From positions 896,001 through 960,000 of the forward strand of contig CAVOKF010000005.1 in NCBI GenBank assembly GCA_963696385.1: a DNA stretch of 64,000 bases, in the 5' to 3' direction. The notes below the pieces were generated by a model that saw only the letters and a list, made by a program, of their open reading frames with translations, had not been told where the DNA came from and did not search any database. The DNA comes from an uncultured delta proteobacterium. GTDB taxonomy: Bacteria > Myxococcota_A > Polyangia > Polyangiales > Polyangiaceae. Positions 49,157-59,618 of this stretch are shown piece by piece (within the stretch, counting starts at the first letter, position 1; each line of letters opens with the position of its first letter). Made by a program: the position numbers and the translations under genes.

Positions 49157-50423
49157 CGAGCTTCGCGCGCTTCGGGATGACGACTGTCCCCCGTTCCGTG
49201 ACGAAGAAGCGCTGTCTGTCGGCTTCGCGGTCGAAGCCGATGACAGTCCCGGGCGGGATTTCGACGTCCTTGTCGATGATGGCGCGACGAATCTTGGCGT
49301 GGCGGCCCACCCGGACGCGCTCGAACAGCACGCTCTCCTCGACCTCGCTGAACGAGTTGACGCGGCAACCGACCCCCAGCACGCTGCGATGGATGCGACC
49401 GCCCGAGATGATGCACCCGTGGCTTACCATCGAGTCGGTTGCGATGCCGACGCGGGCCTGCGCCTCGTCGCGGAAGACGAACTTCGCCGGCGGGTCGTGC
49501 GTCGCGCCGGTTCGCAGAGGCCACCTGAAGTTGTAGAGGTTGAACTGCGGGTGGATCTCGATGAGGTCCATCTGCGCCTCCCAGTAAGCGTCGATGGTTC
49601 CGATATCGCGCCAGTATCCGAGGTTGGGTCCGTCTTCGCCGGGGACGACGTTCGTCGCGAAGTCGTACGCGTAAACGGCCGCACCTTTCGCGACGAGACG
49701 CGGCAGAATGTCGTGACCGAAGTCGTGCCGACTCTCTTCGAGGTTCTCGTCTTCCTGAAGCTCGCGCAGCAGCACCTCAGGGCCGAAGATGTAGTTGCCC
49801 ATCGACGCGAGGCACCGGCTCGGATCGCCCGGCATGGGCGGCGGTTCGGCAACTTTCTCATGGAAGGCTACGATGCGCCCCCCGGCGTCGACTTCGAGGA
49901 TACCCAGGTCGCCGGCCTCGTGGCGAGGCACGGGAATCGCGGCGACAGTCGCGTCGGCGCGGGCGTCCTGGTGAAACGCGACCATCTGGCGGACGTCCAT
50001 CTTGTAGACGTGGTCGCCGCCGAAGATGCATACGAGCTCCGGACGTTCGTCGTTGATGACGTGCTGGCACTGCCACACGGCGTCGGCCGATCCGCGATAC
50101 CACGTCTTGCCCGTCCGCTGCTGGGCCGGGATCGCCTCGATGAACTGATCGAGGATCGGGGCGAGTCGCCAGTTTCGAGCGATGTGCTCTTCCAGCGAGG
50201 CGCTCTTGTATTGTGTGAGCACCTTAATTTTGCCGAGCCCCGAGTTGACGAAGTTCGACAGGACGATGTCGATGATTCGATAACGTCCTGCGAACGGGAC
50301 CGCGGGTTTGGCCCGGTCCGCGGTGAGGGGTGCGAGACGCTTGCCTTCGCCTCCCGCAAGAACCATGACCAGCACCTGACTCTGGTCGAAACCGAGCGAG
50401 TGACGTTCCGCGGGTCCGGACAT
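49143..50423 (-). CDS. glgC: Glucose-1-phosphate adenylyltransferase
   Basis: LAGGEGKRLAPLT..RAKPAVPF.G.YRIID, GDHVYKMD, ASMGNY, DFGHD, YWRDIGT. Confidence 0.98.
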   Translation of the reverse strand: MSGPAERHSLGFDQSQVLVMVLAGGEGKRLAPLTADRAKPAVPFAGRYRIIDIVLSNFVNSGLGKIKVLTQYKSASLEEHIARNWRLAPILDQFIEAIPAQQRTGKTWYRGSADAVWQCQHVINDERPELVCIFGGDHVYKMDVRQMVAFHQDARADATVAAIPVPRHEAGDLGILEVDAGGRIVAFHEKVAEPPPMPGDPSRCLASMGNYIFGPEVLLRELQEDENLEESRHDFGHDILPRLVAKGAAVYAYDFATNVVPGEDGPNLGYWRDIGTIDAYWEAQMDLIEIHPQFNLYNFRWPLRTGATHDPPAKFVFRDEAQARVGIATDSMVSHGCIISGGRIHRSVLGVGCRVNSFSEVEESVLFERVRVGRHAKIRRAIIDKDVEIPPGTVIGFDREADRQRFFVTERGTVVIPKRAKLDGVV

Positions 50424-50490
50424 CGGCGTGGCATCCTAGCGCGCGATCGCCGATGCGCGATCGCGTTTCGCCTTCATGGGTCGATCGTTT

Positions 50491-52222
50491 CTACGATGCG
50501 CTTGCCTCGAGGGCATGGAAGAGCGGGCCGAGATCCGGGCGCGCGCGAAGCGGCTCGCAAAAGCGGGTGGCCAGTTGCAACAAACGGCGCTCGTGGCGCT
50601 CGGATCGGGCATTCAGATCGACGAGCCGCGCCTGGGCGGCAGCCCGGCCGCGGTCGATGCCCTGCTCGTGGTTCGCGAGAGCCGTGCGCAGCTCGGCGAG
50701 CTGATACTCGAGGTCCTTTACGGTCCGTTCTCTGTCGTCGGCGGCCTCCAGGCCCGCGCGTTCCCGTGCGCGTGCGTCGAACCACCGAATCGACGGCCTC
50801 CGCGCAGGCCCGATGGGCCTGCGCGAGCTGGCGATAGGGCTCCTTTTGCGCAGACCGTCCCTCCCACGTCAGGAGCTCGCGGTGGGCGTCGGCGAACGCT
50901 TGTTGAGCACGCGCTGATTCCGCGGCCAGTCGCTCGACATCCGTTCGCGTCGAGCGAACGCCGTCCTTCGCTCGCGACGCGTCCAGCCCGAGCGCATCGA
51001 CCGCGAAACCGAGGCGCTGCCGGCCTTCGCGTCCCCGGGCGTCGATCTCCTCGAGAATCCGCTGCTCATCCGCGCACGCGGTTCTGGTCTCGTCGACTTC
51101 GTCGACGAGGCGCCGCAGCTCCGACAGCGTCCGCTCCGGGTCGCTCGGGGGCCGGCCACCGTAAGCTCTCGCAATCATTTGATCGAAGACGCCGACCCGG
51201 CGCCGCCATTGCTCGAGGGCAATCGCCGGACGGGTCCGCGCTGGCCCGGGCGACGAGCTTTGGGGATCGGCCTCCGGTTCGGGCGGTACCCGCGCGCCGA
51301 GGGAGCGTGCTAAGCTTACCAGGTCGCGCTCGATGCGGTGGGCGTCGACCGGTCGCAAACGAGGGTCCTTTTCGAGCAGCTGCAGGATGAGCGCGTCCAC
51401 CGGCTCCGGCACGCGGCGGTTGATGGATCGCGGGGATGGCGCGGGCTCTTTCATGTGCTTGATGAGAAAGCTGGCCGGATCGCTGGCCTCGAACGGAAGC
51501 CGCGCGGTCGCCATCTCGAAGAAGATGACTCCGACCGCGTAAAGGTCCACGCTCGGACCGGTTTCGCCACCCATCACGCGTTCGGGCGCCATGTACTGGG
51601 GGGTTCCGAATAGCTCTCCCGCATGGGTCAGACGCGTGTCGGATCGAGAGCGCGCGATTCCGAAGTCGAGAATCTTGACGAGGTCCGTACCGTCTTCGCG
51701 GCCACAAATGAAGATGTTGTCCGGTTTCAGATCGCGGTGGACGACTCCGAGGTCGTGCGCCCTCGCGATGCCACGCGCGATTTGGATCATGATGGGAATC
51801 GCACGGGCGGGCGCCACGGGCTCTTCGTCGATGAGCGCGGACAGGGTTTGGCCCTCGAGCAGCTCCATGATGATGTACGGCGTGCCATCGGAGGTTTCGC
51901 CCTGGTCGAAAATTTCGATGACGTTCGGATGCGCGAGCGACTGGGCGCTCTTCGCCTCGCGCCGGAACCGCTCGCGCACGTTGGGATCCGAAGCGAGCGC
52001 GGGCTTCATGACTTTGATGGCGCACGGGCGATCGACGAGCTTGTACCGGGCGCGATAAACCGTGGCCATCCCACCCTCGCCGAGGAGATCCTCGACGACG
52101 TACTGGCCCGCAATCGTCGTTCCGAGGAACGGGTCGCGAATGTCGACCAGTTGCGCGCCGTCGACGAAGCAGTAGACGGTGTCGGGCGGGTAGCGGATCT
52201 GGCAGTGCGGGCAGGCCTTCAT
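50491..52222 (-). CDS. Ser/Thr protein kinase (N-terminal Zn ribbon, C-terminal coiled coil); +1 frameshift at about 50788
   Basis: CPHC..CFVDG; GEGGMATVY, HRDLKPDN, DFG, GTPQYMAPE. Removing one base at 50787-50791 restores a heptad-like tail ...VDRWFDARARE...LFHALEASAS* ending at TAG 50491. Confidence 0.88.
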
Positions 52223-52372
52223 CGCGCGGCGCGGTCGAACGCGGCTCGCCACGAGCCCATCCCATCGGCCGCATTTGTGCAAGGGACTGTGCGCCGTCCC
52301 ACCCACGAATTGTGCCGGAGGCTGCCACATGGGAGACTCGCCCGAGTCGGCATCCACGGCGTAGGAGCATGC

Positions 52373-53389
52373 ATGCATTACCGATTGTTCGGGCGCACGG
52401 GCCTGTACGTCTCGCAGCTTTGCTTTGGGGCGATGACCTTCGGGGGCAAGGGGTTCTGGCAGGCCATCGGCCGAACGGCGCAAGAAGAGGCCGATCGGCT
52501 GGTCGGAATCGCTCTCGACGGCGGCATCAATTTTTTCGATACCGCCGACGTCTATTCCGAGGGCGAATCGGAAACGATCCTGGGCAAAGCGCTCGGGGCT
52601 CGGCGCCGCGACGTCATCGTGGCCACCAAGGTTCGCGGGCGCACGGGACCGGGTCCAAACGACGTGGGCCTGACACGAGGGCACATCCTGTCTTCCATCG
52701 ACGCCAGTCTGAAGCGGTTGGGGACCGACTGGGTCGACCTGTATCAGATCCACGGCTTCGACCCGGTGACGCCTCTCGACGAAACGCTGAGGGCGCTCGA
52801 TGACCTGGTCCGGGCGGGCAAGGTCCGCTACGTCGGCTGCTCGAACCTGGCCGCCTGGCAGATCGCCAAGGCCAATGGACTGGCGGCCCTCCACGAATGG
52901 GAGCGGTTCGAGTCGCTGCAAGCGTACTACACGATTGCCGGTCGCGACCTCGAACGGGAGATCGTGCCGCTGCTGAACGATCAGCACATGGGTCTCATGG
53001 TGTGGAGCCCGCTCGCCGGCGGACTGCTGAGCGGCAAGTTCACGCGCGACTCCAAGGGTCCGGCGGGCGCCCGACGCGCAACGTTCGACTTTCCGCCGGT
53101 CGATCGGGCGCGCGCCTTCAATTGCATCGATGCGATGAGGAAGGTCGGCGACGACCACCGCGTGAGCGTGGCGCGGGTCGCGCTCGCCTGGTTGCTCGCG
53201 AAGCCTCACGTGACGACGATTATCGTGGGTGCCAAAGACGAGCAGCAGCTTCGTGACAACCTCGCCGTCACCGATCTGCGACTCAGTTCCGACGAAATCG
53301 CGGAGCTTGACACGATCAGCGCCCTGCCTGTGGAGTATCCCGGTTGGATGCTCGAGCGGCAGGGAAGCGATCGCGCGCTGAAGGGTTGA
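52373..53389 (+). CDS. Aldo/keto reductase
   Basis: FGRTGL.VS.LCFGAMTFG, FFDTADVYS.G.SE, VATK, DLYQIH, GKVRYVGCSN, WSPLAGG; AGGAG RBS. Confidence 0.95.
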   Translation: MHYRLFGRTGLYVSQLCFGAMTFGGKGFWQAIGRTAQEEADRLVGIALDGGINFFDTADVYSEGESETILGKALGARRRDVIVATKVRGRTGPGPNDVGLTRGHILSSIDASLKRLGTDWVDLYQIHGFDPVTPLDETLRALDDLVRAGKVRYVGCSNLAAWQIAKANGLAALHEWERFESLQAYYTIAGRDLEREIVPLLNDQHMGLMVWSPLAGGLLSGKFTRDSKGPAGARRATFDFPPVDRARAFNCIDAMRKVGDDHRVSVARVALAWLLAKPHVTTIIVGAKDEQQLRDNLAVTDLRLSSDEIAELDTISALPVEYPGWMLERQGSDRALKG

Positions 53390-53470
53390 TCCGGGGTCGG
53401 TCGGGGTCGGCTCGCTCGCCGTTGCCTGCGAATTTGACCGCCCCGGCGCCGCGTGCGAGCGTTTTGCCCA

Positions 53471-55520
53471 ATGCTGAGACCGTCCGCGTGCCGAATGATC
53501 CGCGCCGCGGGGGTATGGGCCATTTTCGTCGCCGCGACGGCGCGCGGCGGGGAGGCCCCTCGGGCCGCGACGGCCGCGACGAAGGACGCGCCGCCCAAGA
53601 CTCGGAGCTCGGCGAACGGCTCGAAGCCCGGACGTGGCGTCGATTCGAACGCACGTCGAGCCATCGCGGGGGGACCGACGAGCGACGACGTGGCCATGGG
53701 CGCCGAGAGCGCCGAGAATCCGCGCTCTTCGCGAGGCGGAGCGAGAGCTCTTTCCGGGGGCTTCGCCCGCCGTCGGAAGCGCCTGGCCGACTGAGCTCCG
53801 GGCCGTGCCAATCGATGGCTTGCCGAGGGTCAACGCGACCGGGCTGCCGGCGAGCGTGCCGCCGCCGCCGCCGCCCTCGTCGGACGACACGGCTCTCGGC
53901 TGGCTCGACCGTCTCGAGTTGCCGGATCTGCCGGTCCGGTGGGACGAACGCGTCGTGCGGTACTTGCAGTTCTTTCGCGACGACCCGCGCGGTCACGCGA
54001 CGTTCGCCAACTTGTACCGGCACTCGGGGCGGTGGCGCGATCTGATGCGCAGCGTGCTCCGACAGAAATCGCTTCCCGAGGACCTCGTGTGGGTCGCGAT
54101 GATCGAAAGCGGGTTCGACTCGACGGCCCACTCCTGGGCCGGCGCCGCCGGACTCTGGCAATTCATGCCCGAGACAGCCAAGATCTACGGTCTCGTTCTC
54201 GATCGCTGGGTCGATCAACGCCTGGACGCGTCGGTTGCGACGCAGGCGGCCGCGGATTTCTTGAGCGACCTGCATCGTCGCTTCGGAAGCTGGGAGCTCG
54301 CCTTGGCTGCATTCAACATGGGGTATGCGGGCCTTTCCTCGGTCGTGCGGCGGTACAACACCAATGACTTCTGGGCTTTGGCGCGAACGGAGGGCACCCT
54401 TCCATGGGAGACCACGCTTTACGTGCCGAAGGTCCTCGCGGCGGCCGTCGTCGCGCACAACCTGGCCGCGTTCGGGTTCGGCGAGATCGCCCTCGACCCT
54501 GCCGTCGATTCGGACAGTGTCACGGCTGGACCCGGAACCGCGCTTTCGACCGTCGCCCAGATCGCCGGATGCTCTGTGAAGGAGGTGGAGTCGCTCAATC
54601 CCGAGTTGCGCTCGGGTCGCACCCCACCTGCCGTCGAGGGCGCCGCCGCCTACGTCGTGAAGGTGCCGCCGGGCAAGGGGGCCAGTGTCGCGCAGGGCCT
54701 TGCACGCATCCACAAGGACCCGCCGATCCTCGAGCGCTACGTCGTGCGTTTCGGCGAAACGCTCGATCAGATCGCGGCGGCCCGCAAGACGACGACACAA
54801 CGGCTCGTCGAACTGAACGCCATCTCTCCCGGCGAGGCCGTTCGCGGCGGCAACGTCCTGCTCGTGCCTCGATTGGACCATGTCGGTTGCGCGGCGGACG
54901 CTGCTCCTCTGGGTCCGTCCGCCGGCGCGTCATCGCCCTCCGGTCAAAGGCCGACCGTCGTCGTGCCGGCGGAGGGATCCTCGTATCCGGATCGCAAGCG
55001 CGTCTTCTACCGAGTCATCGTCGGCGACACGCTCAGGGCGATTGCGAGCGCGATGCACGTGTCGCAGGACGACCTGCGGCGCTGGAACGGCCTGGATCCA
55101 AGCGCCCGGTTGCAAGAGGGCATGACGCTGCAAGCCTACGTGCTCGCGAGCACCGATCTCTCGAACGTGGTCGTCGCGTCCGAGGCCGACGTTCAGGTGC
55201 TGACAGTGGGGACGGACGAGTTCTTCGCGGCGCTCGAGCGGGAAAAAGGCTTCAAGCGGGTGACGGTCGTAGCGAAGCCAGGCGATACGATCGAATCGAT
55301 TGGACGACATTTCGACGCGTCGGCGCGCACGATGGAACGGATCAATCGGCGCGGGCGGGCAGAGGTGCTGAGGGGCGGCGAGGCCATTGTGGTGTACGTC
55401 CCCACGCGCATCGCCGATCGGCAAGACGGCAAGACGGGGGGGCGCGTGGCGGCCTGGGTAGCAGAGCCGGCCCCGAACGGGCCGCTGCCGGCGCCGCCGG
55501 TCCCTGACTTGATGCCCTAG
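53471..55520 (+). CDS. mltD: MltD-like lytic transglycosylase with LysM repeats; +1 frameshift at about 53717
   Basis: IESGF, AAGLWQFMP.TA, AAFNMG, ETTLYVPK, several LysM (V..GDTL..IA). The N-terminal ORF 53453..53794 joins at ESAE/IRALREAE; start uncertain. Confidence 0.85.
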
Positions 55521-55611
55521 AGCGACCGCGACTTCGAGCTCGGGTCGACAGCGAGCTTACAGCGAGCTCGACCTCGACGGCGCCGTGCTAAACCATGGGT
55601 GCACGGCGGAT

Positions 55612-57030
55612 ATGTTGACGACGACAGCCATCGTGCTTGCCGCGGGGCACGGTACCCGCATGAAGAGTGCGATGCCCAAGGTGCTGCATCGCGTATGCGG
55701 ACTCCCGATCGTCCACTTCGTGGTGCAGGCGGCGCTCGACGCGGGTTGCGGCGAGGTGATCGTCGTGGTCGGGCACCGGCGCGAGCAGGTGGAGGAGTAC
55801 CTCGCGCAGACCTTCGGCGGCCGCGTGCGTACGGCGGTGCAGGCGCGGCAGCGGGGGACCGGCGACGCCGCGGGTGTCGGGCTCGCCGCTACGAGCGATC
55901 GCGCGGAGCGCGTTCTGGTCGTGAACGGCGATGTGCCGCTCGTCCGCGGTGAAGACTTGCGCGCGGTCGCTCGGCCACTCGACGAGGGCCAAGCCTCCGC
56001 CGGTCTGTCGCTGGCTACGTGCAAAGTCGACGATTCGACCGGTTACGGGCGCGTACTGCGCCGAGACGGCAAGGTCGTGGCGATTCGGGAGCACCCCGAT
56101 TTGCGCAATGACGATGAGCGGAGTGTGCGCGAGATCAACGCCGGCATTTACGCGGGTTCGGTCGCCCTGTTTCGAGCCGCGCTTGAGTCGCTCGTGCCCG
56201 ACAACGCGCAAGGAGAGCTTTATCTCACCGATATCGTTGCGTTTGCATCTCGCGCCGGAGAGAACGTGGCCACGGTGACGCTCGGCGCCGACGTGCTTTC
56301 GGGGGTCAATGATCGCGAACAGCTCGTGCAGATCGAGCGGGCCATGCACGCGCGCATGCTGCGTGGCTTTCGGCTGGCCGGTGCGACGATCCGCGATGGC
56401 GTCCGCCTCGACGCCCGGGTCGTCATCGAGCCCGACGCGACCATCGAGGCCGGCGCTGTCCTGCGCGGCACGACGAAGGTGGAGCGCGGCGCGCTGGTCG
56501 ACGTCGGTTGCGTGCTCACGAACGTTCTTGTGGGGGCCGACGCCGTGGTCAGGCCGTACACCGTCGGCACGGACGCTCGCATCGGCGCTCGCGCGCACGT
56601 GGGTCCCTTTGCTCATATTCGGCCGGACAGCGACCTCGGGGAGGAAGCCCACGTCGGCAATTTCGTGGAGACCAAGAAGACAAAAATGGGTCGGGGCGCG
56701 AAGGCCAACCACCTCGCCTACCTGGGAGACGGCGTGATCGGCGACGGCGCAAACATTGGAGCCGGGACGATATTTTGCAATTACGACGGCGTGCAAAAGC
56801 ACACGACGACGATCGGCCCCGGCGCCTTCATCGGGAGCGATTCGCAGCTCGTGGCTCCGGTGACGGTCGGCGCGGGGGCCTACGTGGCGACCGGCACGAC
56901 GGTCACCCGAGACGTCCCGCCCGATGCGTTGTCGATCGGCCGTACCAAGCAGGTCAACAAGGAAGGGTACGCTTCGCGGATCCGAGCACGCTTCAAGGCC
57001 GAGAAAGAGGCGAAGGGTCGGGTCAAGTAG
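55612..57030 (+). CDS. glmU: Bifunctional UDP-GlcNAc pyrophosphorylase/GlcN-1-P acetyltransferase
   Basis: LAAGHGTRMKS..PKVLH, GYGR, EINAG, ELYLTD, GNFVETK, HLAYLGD, NYDG. Confidence 0.97.
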   Translation: MLTTTAIVLAAGHGTRMKSAMPKVLHRVCGLPIVHFVVQAALDAGCGEVIVVVGHRREQVEEYLAQTFGGRVRTAVQARQRGTGDAAGVGLAATSDRAERVLVVNGDVPLVRGEDLRAVARPLDEGQASAGLSLATCKVDDSTGYGRVLRRDGKVVAIREHPDLRNDDERSVREINAGIYAGSVALFRAALESLVPDNAQGELYLTDIVAFASRAGENVATVTLGADVLSGVNDREQLVQIERAMHARMLRGFRLAGATIRDGVRLDARVVIEPDATIEAGAVLRGTTKVERGALVDVGCVLTNVLVGADAVVRPYTVGTDARIGARAHVGPFAHIRPDSDLGEEAHVGNFVETKKTKMGRGAKANHLAYLGDGVIGDGANIGAGTIFCNYDGVQKHTTTIGPGAFIGSDSQLVAPVTVGAGAYVATGTTVTRDVPPDALSIGRTKQVNKEGYASRIRARFKAEKEAKGRVK

Positions 57031-57090
57031 GCGGCCGATCTCGCCAACGGGTGCTATCCCACCAACCTGACTTCGGACCCATAACAACGA

Positions 57091-58374
57091 ATGGACGCCA
57101 TCGTCATCCGGGGGGGGGGACCGCTCTGCGGCTCCGTTCGAATCAGCGGAGCCAAGAACGCCGCGTTGCCGATTCTGTGCGCGACACTGCTTTCGGACGG
57201 TGCGAGCCGGCTGCGAAACGTCCCCGCGCTGCGCGACATCGAGACGACGGCCGCCCTTCTGCGATTCTTGGGGCGCCAGGTGGTCGTCGCGACTCCGGAG
57301 GTCGACGTGGCCGCAGGATCCAGCGTTCGCCCCGAGGCGCCGTACGAGCTCGTGAAGCAGATGCGCGCAAGCGTTCTGGTGCTCGGCCCGCTCGTGGCTC
57401 GATTTGGTCATGCGAAGGTCTCGTTGCCCGGAGGCTGCGCGATTGGCGCGCGGCCGATCGATCAGCACCTGAAGGGGCTGGAAGCGATGGGATGCGCCAT
57501 TCGCCTCGAGCAGGGGTACGTCGTGGCGGAGGGCCCGGGCGGTCGCGGGCGTCTGCGCGGCAGCGAGATTTGCTTCGATATTCCAACGGTGACCGGCACC
57601 GAGAACCTGATGATGGCGGCGGCGCTGGCCAAGGGGCGAACGACGCTGGTCAATTGCGCTCGAGAGCCGGAGGTCGAAGAGCTCGGTCGCGTGCTCAACA
57701 AGATGGGTGCCGAAGTGGACGGGGCCGGGACCGACGTCATCCACATTCGCGGTTCGGAGCGGGGCGAGCTTGCCCCGTTCGACCATGCGATCATCTCGGA
57801 CCGGATCGAGGCGGGCACCTACATGATCGCCGCGGCCATCTCCGCAGGGAGCGACGTCATCGTCGAGCGGGCGGAGCTCGGTGACCTGGAGGCCCTGGTG
57901 GTCAAGTTGCGTGCGGCCGGCGTCGAGGTCGCCAGCGAAGGACTGAACGTTCGTGTTCGGCGCGTGGGACCGCTCCGCGCCGTCAACGTGACGACGGCGC
58001 CCCATCCCGGTTTCCCGACCGACATGCAGGCGCAGTTCCTCGTGTTGATGTGCTGCGCCCGCGGCGAGAGCGTCATCAGCGAGACCATCTTCGAGAACCG
58101 GTTCATGCACGTGCCCGAGCTGCAGCGCATGGGAGCGAGTATCGCGTTGCGTAGCAACACCGCGGTCGTTCAGGGCGTAGGCAAGCTATACGGAGCGAGC
58201 GTCATGGCCACGGACTTGCGGGCGAGCGCTTCTTTGGTCATTGCGGGCCTCGTCGCCGACGCCGAGACCGAGGTGAGGCGCGTGTATCACATCGACCGAG
58301 GCTACGAGCGAATCGAGGAAAAGCTGCGCGGGTTGGGAGCTCGCATCGAGCGCGTCAAAGGCGCGGAGTCATGA
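57091..58374 (+). CDS. murA: UDP-N-acetylglucosamine 1-carboxyvinyltransferase
   Basis: [58 protein letters not shown]. Confidence 0.98.
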   Translation: MDAIVIRGGGPLCGSVRISGAKNAALPILCATLLSDGASRLRNVPALRDIETTAALLRFLGRQVVVATPEVDVAAGSSVRPEAPYELVKQMRASVLVLGPLVARFGHAKVSLPGGCAIGARPIDQHLKGLEAMGCAIRLEQGYVVAEGPGGRGRLRGSEICFDIPTVTGTENLMMAAALAKGRTTLVNCAREPEVEELGRVLNKMGAEVDGAGTDVIHIRGSERGELAPFDHAIISDRIEAGTYMIAAAISAGSDVIVERAELGDLEALVVKLRAAGVEVASEGLNVRVRRVGPLRAVNVTTAPHPGFPTDMQAQFLVLMCCARGESVISETIFENRFMHVPELQRMGASIALRSNTAVVQGVGKLYGASVMATDLRASASLVIAGLVADAETEVRRVYHIDRGYERIEEKLRGLGARIERVKGAES

Positions 58375-59063
58375 GCGTGCTGACGGTTGCGTTGCCCAAA
58401 GGCCGTGTGCTTCGCGCGGTGGCCCCGCTGTTCGCTCGAGCTGGAGCCGACTCCACGGTGCTGCTCGCCGACGATCGGACCCTCGTTCGGGAGTCGCCCT
58501 CCGCCGGACTGCGCTTTCTTTTGCTCAAGCCCGACGATGTGCCCACGTACGTCGAGTACGGCGCCGCGGACGTGGGGGTTTGCGGGCGCGACGTGCTGCT
58601 CGAACGGGCCTGCGAGGTCTATCAACCGCTCGATTTGGGGGTCGGTCGGTGCCGAATGGTGGTTGCGGGCATTGCCGGACGCGCAGAGCCCATGGGCGTT
58701 CCGCGGGTCGCGACCAAGTACCCACGGTGCGCGGCGCAGCATTTCGCCCGTCGCGGCGTGCAGGCCGAAGTCATCTACGTTCAGGGATCGGTCGAGTTGG
58801 CCCCGATCACGGGGCTTTCCGATCTCATCGTCGACCTCGTCGAGACGGGGGCGACTCTCGCGCAGAACGGACTCGAAGAACGCGAGGACGTCGCGGTCAT
58901 CTCGAGCGTTCTCATCGCCAATCGGGCCGCCTTCAAGCTTCGGCACGACCGAGTGCGGTTGCTGATCGACGCGTTGGCGGACGCCGTCCTGTCCCAGGCG
59001 CTCGCGTCGAGCGATAAGGGCAGGAGGCCACAGGAAGACGCAAAGGCGGCAAACACGGACTGA
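58371..59063 (+). CDS. hisG: ATP phosphoribosyltransferase, short form
   Basis: [51 protein letters not shown]; no C-terminal regulatory domain. Confidence 0.95.
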   Translation: MSVLTVALPKGRVLRAVAPLFARAGADSTVLLADDRTLVRESPSAGLRFLLLKPDDVPTYVEYGAADVGVCGRDVLLERACEVYQPLDLGVGRCRMVVAGIAGRAEPMGVPRVATKYPRCAAQHFARRGVQAEVIYVQGSVELAPITGLSDLIVDLVETGATLAQNGLEEREDVAVISSVLIANRAAFKLRHDRVRLLIDALADAVLSQALASSDKGRRPQEDAKAANTD

Positions 59064-59143
59064 GTTGTGCACTCGAGGCGCGCTTTCCGTGACCGTCCTC
59101 CTGTGATCCTCTCGCTGTCGGTGTCGGGGGACGAGGACCCGCG

Positions 59144-59407
59144 CTAGCCTTCGAGCAGCGCGTCGGATGCCGAGTCGCGCGTCGCCGATCGCGCGCGGAT
59201 CGGTGGGTCGGCGATTTCGGGCCGGCGTTCGTACGGCTCCCATTCGCGGACCTGAAGCGTTCCGTTGACCGGAACGGCGTCCAGCCGGATGTTGAGCGAA
59301 CCATCGCGGTTGGTGAAGCCGACGCCGACGCGAACCCAGTAGGATTTGCCTTGGCCTCGGTCGATGATGGTGTAGACGGATTTCATATTCTTCGAATTGT
59401 CTTCCAT
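59144..59407 (-). CDS. Small conserved-looking beta-rich protein (possible ssDNA-binding)
   Basis: MEDNSKNMKSVYTIIDRGQGKSYWVRVGVGFTNRDGSLNIRLDAVPVNGTLQVRE; GGAG upstream of the ATG. Confidence 0.7.
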   Translation of the reverse strand: MEDNSKNMKSVYTIIDRGQGKSYWVRVGVGFTNRDGSLNIRLDAVPVNGTLQVREWEPYERRPEIADPPIRARSATRDSASDALLEG

Positions 59408-59468
59408 AGCGATCTCCATTCGGATCCATCGGGAATGCGCCCGAGTGCGCATCGCGGCAGATTCCGTT

Positions 59469-59484
59469 TGCGAGCCCCGTGCCG
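59469..59484 (-). promoter_or_regulatory. Putative sigma54 -24/-12 promoter
   Basis: Minus strand CGGCACGGGGCTCGCA, with GG-N10-GC spacing close to TGGCACG-N4-TTGCW, about 60 nt upstream of the ATG at 59407. Confidence 0.45.
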
Positions 59485-59618
59485 CGCCGATGCGGCCAAA
59501 ATTCGCGGTCCCCTGGCGATGGCGTCCCGTCCCGGACGGACCGGAACCGTCCCGGGCCGTGTGCTCGGATGGCCGGACGTCGCGGGCCGCTGGGCTCCCC
59601 GGGGCGCGCCGAGACGGT

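Noticed and set aside
4646..53720. Programmed ribosomal frameshifting at the three broken genes
   Set aside because: No slippery heptamer or homopolymer. The shared motif is on the plus strand regardless of gene orientation, pointing to a DNA- or sequencing-level cause.
50474..53890. Apparent 1138-aa giant kinase
   Set aside because: Its N-terminal half is the antisense frame of the aldo/keto reductase; the kinase starts at 52222.
55521..55580. acagcgagct duplicated upstream of glmU
   Set aside because: Only 10 bp with no supporting context.
58371..59063. Short hisG without adjacent hisZ
   Set aside because: murA-hisG(short) adjacency with hisZ elsewhere is a common arrangement.
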